64,000 nt of DNA from Octopus vulgaris (lineage: Eukaryota), in the NCBI GenBank assembly GCA_951406725.2, contig OX597820.1, forward strand, positions 97,402,001 through 97,466,000, read 5' to 3'. Numbering within the stretch: position 1 is the stretch's first letter; each line of letters starts with the position of its first letter. Below the pieces are notes generated by a model, which saw only the letters and a program-made list of their open reading frames with translations, searched no databases and had not been told where the DNA came from. The position numbers and the translations under genes are program-made. Positions 58,407-64,000 of this stretch are shown here, piece by piece.

Positions 58407-58532
58407 ATATATATATCATATAAATAATATATATATGTGATATATATATATTATATGATATAGATAATATATGTATTATATATATATGAATATTATTTAA
58501 TATATATGAATATATATGTATATATATGTCAA

Positions 58533-58616
<84 letters not shown>

Positions 58617-58794
58617 AATTTATCTATCTATATAAAATAAACTTAGTTGGAAACAGATGCGTGGCGTTCAATCATATATTAATATAACAATTTTTAAAAA
58701 AGGTGATTAAAATCAAAATAAGCAACAAGGATATCCAGAGATATATCCTTGTTGATTATTTTGATTTTAATCATCTTATATATATGTATATATC

Positions 58795-58971
<177 letters not shown>

Positions 58972-59008
58972 TTATATACTTATATATATATGTGTATATG
59001 TATATATA

Positions 59009-59045
<37 letters not shown>

Positions 59046-59201
59046 AAATTTATATATATATAAATATGTAAATGTATATATATATGTATATGTATATATA
59101 AATATATATATATAAATATGTATATATCTAAATATGTATATGTATATATATGTATATCTATATATATATATGTATATGTATATATAAATATGTATGTATA
59201 T

Positions 59202-59308
<107 letters not shown>

Positions 59309-59514
59309 TATATATATATATGCCGTCAATTGCTCGAAATGTGGAGTAGATGGAGAACTGACAACTGATGTAGGGTCGTTCTTTATGTTACTTGTCTTGT
59401 TTTCCATTTCTTTCACTCGTCGCTTGCACACCCAAATTTGTTTTCGTGTTTCAAGTTGTTTTCGTATTTCTTAATTCATGTTCTTTACGTTTTGTGACGT
59501 CCTGTACCCATATA

Positions 59515-59573
<59 letters not shown>

Positions 59574-59851
59574 ATGTGTGTGTGTGTGTTTGTATGTTTG
59601 TGTGTCTGTGTTTGTCCTCCCCCATTGCTTGATTACCGATGTCGGCTTGTTTACGTCCCCATATATTATGTATATATGTATTATATATACATATATATGA
59701 TATATATATATATTTGTATATTATACATATATATGTATGTATTATATATACGTGTATAGTATATGTATTTTATTGATATGTATATTATATGTATATAAAT
59801 TATGTATATATATATTGTACATATATGTATATTATATATACATACATACCT

Positions 59852-59891
<40 letters not shown>

Positions 59892-60564
59892 GCATATATA
59901 TATGCATGTATATATATATATATATATATATATCTACATATTATATATGTGTATTGTATATTGTACTTATTTGTACATTATATATTTTCTTTTATTCTTT
60001 TATTTGTTGCAGTCATTTGACTACGGCCATGCTGGAGCATCACCTTTAGTCGAACGAACCAACCCCAGGACTTATTCTTTTTGAGCCCAGTACTTATTCT
60101 ATCGTCTCTTAAGCCTAACCGCTTAGTTACTGGGACGTAAATACACCAACATCGGTTGTCAAGCGAAGGTGGGGGACAAACACACACACATACGCACATG
60201 CACACACACAGAACGGGCTTTTTTCAGTTTCTGTCTACCAAATTCACCCAGAAGTCACCCCCCCTCCCCTTGCCGAAAGTGCCACGCAGTGGGACTGAAC
60301 CCGGAACCAGGTGGTTGGTAAGGAAACTCCTTACCTTACAGCCACGCCTGCGCCTATATATATCTTTGCATATGTGTGGGTGTTTGTGTGTCTGTTTGTT
60401 CACCCACAATCGCTTGACAACCGATGCTGGTGTATTTAATTCCCCATAACCTAGTAGTTTCGCAAAAGAGGGCGATGTGTTCAACTATAAGGCGGTGCTC
60501 CAGCATGGTTGCAGTCAAATGACTGAAACAAATAAAATAAAAGAATATATATATATATATATAT

Positions 60565-60729
60565 GGGCGCAGGAGAAGTTGTGTGGTAAGTAGCTTATTT
60601 ACCAACCACATGGTTCCGGGTTCAGTCCCACTGCGTGGCACCTTGAGCAACTGTCTTCTGCTATAGCTCGGGCCGACCAATGCCTTGTGAGTGGATTTGG
60701 TAGACGGAAACTGAAAGAAGCCTGTCGTA

Positions 60730-60787
<58 letters not shown>

Positions 60788-61020
60788 TGTGTGTGTTTGT
60801 GTGTCTGTGTTTGTCCCCCCCCCCCCCAACATCGCTTGACAACCGATGCTGGTGTGTTTATGTCCCCGTTACTTAGCGGTTCGGCAAAAAGAGACCGATA
60901 GAATAAGTACTGGGCTTACAAAAGAATAAGTCCCGGGGTCGAGTTGCTCGATTAAAGGCGGTGCTCCAGCATGGCCACAGTGAAATGACTGAAACAAGTA
61001 AAAGAGTAAAAGAGTAAAGA
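60565..61020 (+). mobile_element. SINE family A, full copy
   Basis: Matches the family A consensus; an opposite-orientation copy lies at 59990-60355. Confidence 0.9.
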
Positions 61021-61224
61021 GTATATTGATGCACACACACACATGTTTCTGAAGAATTCATCAAATTAATGTTTTTTTTAAATATTTTTTTTCTATTCTT
61101 GAAGAGCAAGATTAATAAAGATCAGGCGAATAAAGATAACTTCTCAAACGAGCGAGTGGAACCCGAGACAAAATCTGTGAACAAGACCAAAATGAGGGCA
61201 GCAATCATACCTTGTGAATAACCA

Positions 61225-61266
<42 letters not shown>

Positions 61267-61799
61267 ACACACGCACACACACACACACATCACACACAAA
61301 CATAGAAAGGCAATACCTCATCCATTCACTCCCTTCTATTCCATTCTACATCTCTGAAACTATAAAAACTGGCGGGGAATAAATAAATGGTTATTTGAAC
61401 ATATTTGTTACACACACCCTTTATAGATACAGAAGGAAGGAAAACAAAATCAGGTTACACGAAGGAGCAATAATAAGGAAGGATTTGTCGGCAAACACAT
61501 AAAACCTTAACTTTAAACTTTGGATTAATATCGATCCCAGTACGTGACTGATACATTGTTTTATCGATACGTAAGGACGAAGCGCTAACTCACCTTAAGT
61601 CACCCCACCCCCAGTGAGATTCGAACTTAGAGACGTACTTCTTAAGTAAATACGGTAGGCTTTTGATCGACGCGTTATCACTCTGCTAATGAGCTATGAT
61701 AATTATTTGTTAATATAGAAGGCATACATGTGGTCTCAATATAATATTCATGCGTCTATGCATATGAAGTATTGATAAATAATATTGATAGTCAATGTA

Positions 61800-62389
61800 A
61801 TACATACATACATACATACATACTTAATACATACATACAAACGTACATACATACATACAAACATACATAATACAGACATACATAATACATACATAATACA
61901 TACATAATACATACATACATACATAAATACATACATACATACATGCATACATAATACATACATAATACATACGTACATACATACACACATACATACATAC
62001 ATAATACATACACATACATACATACATACATACATACATACTTAATACATACATACATACAAACAAACATACATACATACATACAAACATACATACATAC
62101 ACATACATACATAATACATACTTTAATAATACATACATACATACATAATACATACATACTTAATACATACATAATACATACATAATACATACATACATAA
62201 TACATATATACATACAAACATACATACATACATACATACATACATACATACATACATACATAATACATACAAACATACATACATACATACATACATACAA
62301 ACATACATACATAATACATACATACATACAAACATACATACATACACACATAGATACATACATAATACATACATACAAACATACATACA

Positions 62390-62418
<29 letters not shown>
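61800..62418. repeat. Imperfect (CATA)n tract
   Basis: Direct reading. Confidence 0.95.
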
Positions 62419-62422
<4 letters not shown>

Positions 62423-62452
62423 GGATATAGAGAAATAGATATCAAAGAAATT

Positions 62453-62553
62453 ATGAAGACAATGTTTCGACCTTGTCACAACAGTAACAACAACAAACTT
62501 TCACTACAAGAACATAAACAACATCAACAGAATCGCGAAACGACCACAGGACT

Positions 62554-62589
<36 letters not shown>

Positions 62590-64000
62590 GTCGTCGTCAA
62601 CGTCGTCGTCGTCGTCACCACCAACGCCACACACGACGCTGAATGTAAATAAGAACAGGGCTTCACCTTCTCCGTCGCCGTCGCCGTCGCGCGCATTATC
62701 ATCTCTTCCCTCAACTCCCCTTTTAACAACTACCTCTTCCACCCCCTCCTCCGCTTCTTCTACGCCGTCCTCCTCTTTCTCTGCCACCGCCTCTTTTGCT
62801 GCTGCTGCTGCTGCCGCTTCGTCGGTTGCTCTGCACGACTCCTCCCCCTCTGCCCCGTATCGCACCTCCTTCACTTCTTCTACCTCCTCCTCCTCCTACT
62901 CTTCTATTTCCCCGTCCGTTATTCACTCCCTCTCCTTCTCTCCTCCTCACACCCTGCCGGTTAAGTCTCTTACTTCCACCTTAGCTGGCTCACAAGAAAC
63001 AGGTGGTTACTTCTCCAGTAGCAATAGCAATAGTGGTAGTAGTAGTAGTAGTAGTAGTAGTAGTAATAGTAGTAGTGAAAGTAATAAGAGTAGTGGTAGC
63101 AGTAGGAGTAACAGCGTTGTCAGTGTCAAGAGCGAGAGCAGCAGCGACAGTGGTTATCCAATTAGCAGCAGCAGGAGCAGTGCTTGGGGAGAGGGCGGTG
63201 TCAGCGGCGTTGTTGTCAGCAGCAGCAGCAGCGGCAACTGTAGTAATAGTGGTGGTGGCGGCGGTGTTTGTATTATTGATGGTGGTGACGGTGGTGGTGG
63301 AAGTAACCTACGCGTCATCAACCCTGCTGGAAGTATATTTGCCACTCTGAATTTCGATGTTGACTATAACGGCGACCTGAATTCGCCTTCTCGTATCTCC
63401 TGCTATAATAATAATAATAACAGCAGCAACAACAGCAACAACAACTACGACAACGATAATAATAATAATAATAATAATATTAATTGTAATAATTATAATA
63501 ACAATAATTGTATTAATAATTGTAATAATAATTGGTTTTTCGGACAGCTTTTACCGTGGCTGAAACCGAATTCGTTTAGAATGCACACCACTTTGCAATC
63601 ACCGACAACAGCTACGGTAACACCAACACCAACAACAACACCATCACCGCAACAACAACAGAAACAACATCAACAACAGTCACAACAACAACAACCACAA
63701 CATCCTCATCATCATCATTCCTTTCAAAAACTCCAGTCTCCTCATTCTGGGGGGCATCAAACATCTCTTCTTTCGATTCCACCATTTGCTCTAACACCTG
63801 TACAACAGCAACAACAACAACAAGTACAACAACAACAACAATCTCAAAATCAATCACAGCAACAATTACAACAACAACAACAACATCACCAACAACAACA
63901 GCAGCAACATCATCATCAGCAATTTCATCCAGAGTGGATGCTGGGCGGAGGAATGTTGTCTGCTCAACAACAACAACAACAGCAACAGCATCACCAGATG
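62453..64000 (+). CDS. Probable host protein-coding exon, >=516 codons, low-complexity Ser/Ala/Gly/Asn/Gln/His-rich region; runs off the window
   Basis: Manual translation from ATG 62453 (MKTMFRPCHNSNNNKLSLQEHKQHQQNR...WFFGQLLPWLKPNSFRMH...HPEWMLGGGMLSAQQQQQQQQHHQM) has no stop to 64000. AGT and AAT runs stay in the Ser/Asn frame; only triplet repeats occur. In-frame stop upstream at 62363. Confidence 0.8.

Noticed and set aside
62451-63857. Listed short ORFs in other frames and on the minus strand
   Set aside because: Alternative-frame shadows of the long plus-strand ORF from 62453.

Overview
AT-rich, microsatellite-saturated eukaryotic DNA; the SINE families and repeat landscape point to an octopus/coleoid cephalopod (inference). 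Almost all of the window is repeat-derived. It holds three tRNA-derived SINE families in dozens of copies, a near-full-length degraded RTE LINE, and fragments of R2-like, L1/Tx1, CR1, R4/Dong-like and probably Penelope retroelements. DNA transposons include a full-length mariner with an open but catalytically damaged ORF, hATm, pogo/Tigger, hAT MITEs and a Helitron. One probable host coding exon, missing from the ORF track because it has no stop in the window, runs from 62453 off the end (>=516 codons, Ser/Asn/Gln-rich). The most notable signal is ribozymes. At least ten hammerhead-type motifs sit in short elements embedded in (TA)n tracts. These include an intact type I hammerhead in a 489-bp partially tandem, retrozyme-like unit (4823-5513), a variant with a swapped G3-C8 core pair, and a spacer-less palindrome with one hammerhead per arm. 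An HDV-like ribozyme marks the 5' end of the RTE. All folds were found by eye and are untested. Only representative SINE copies are listed.
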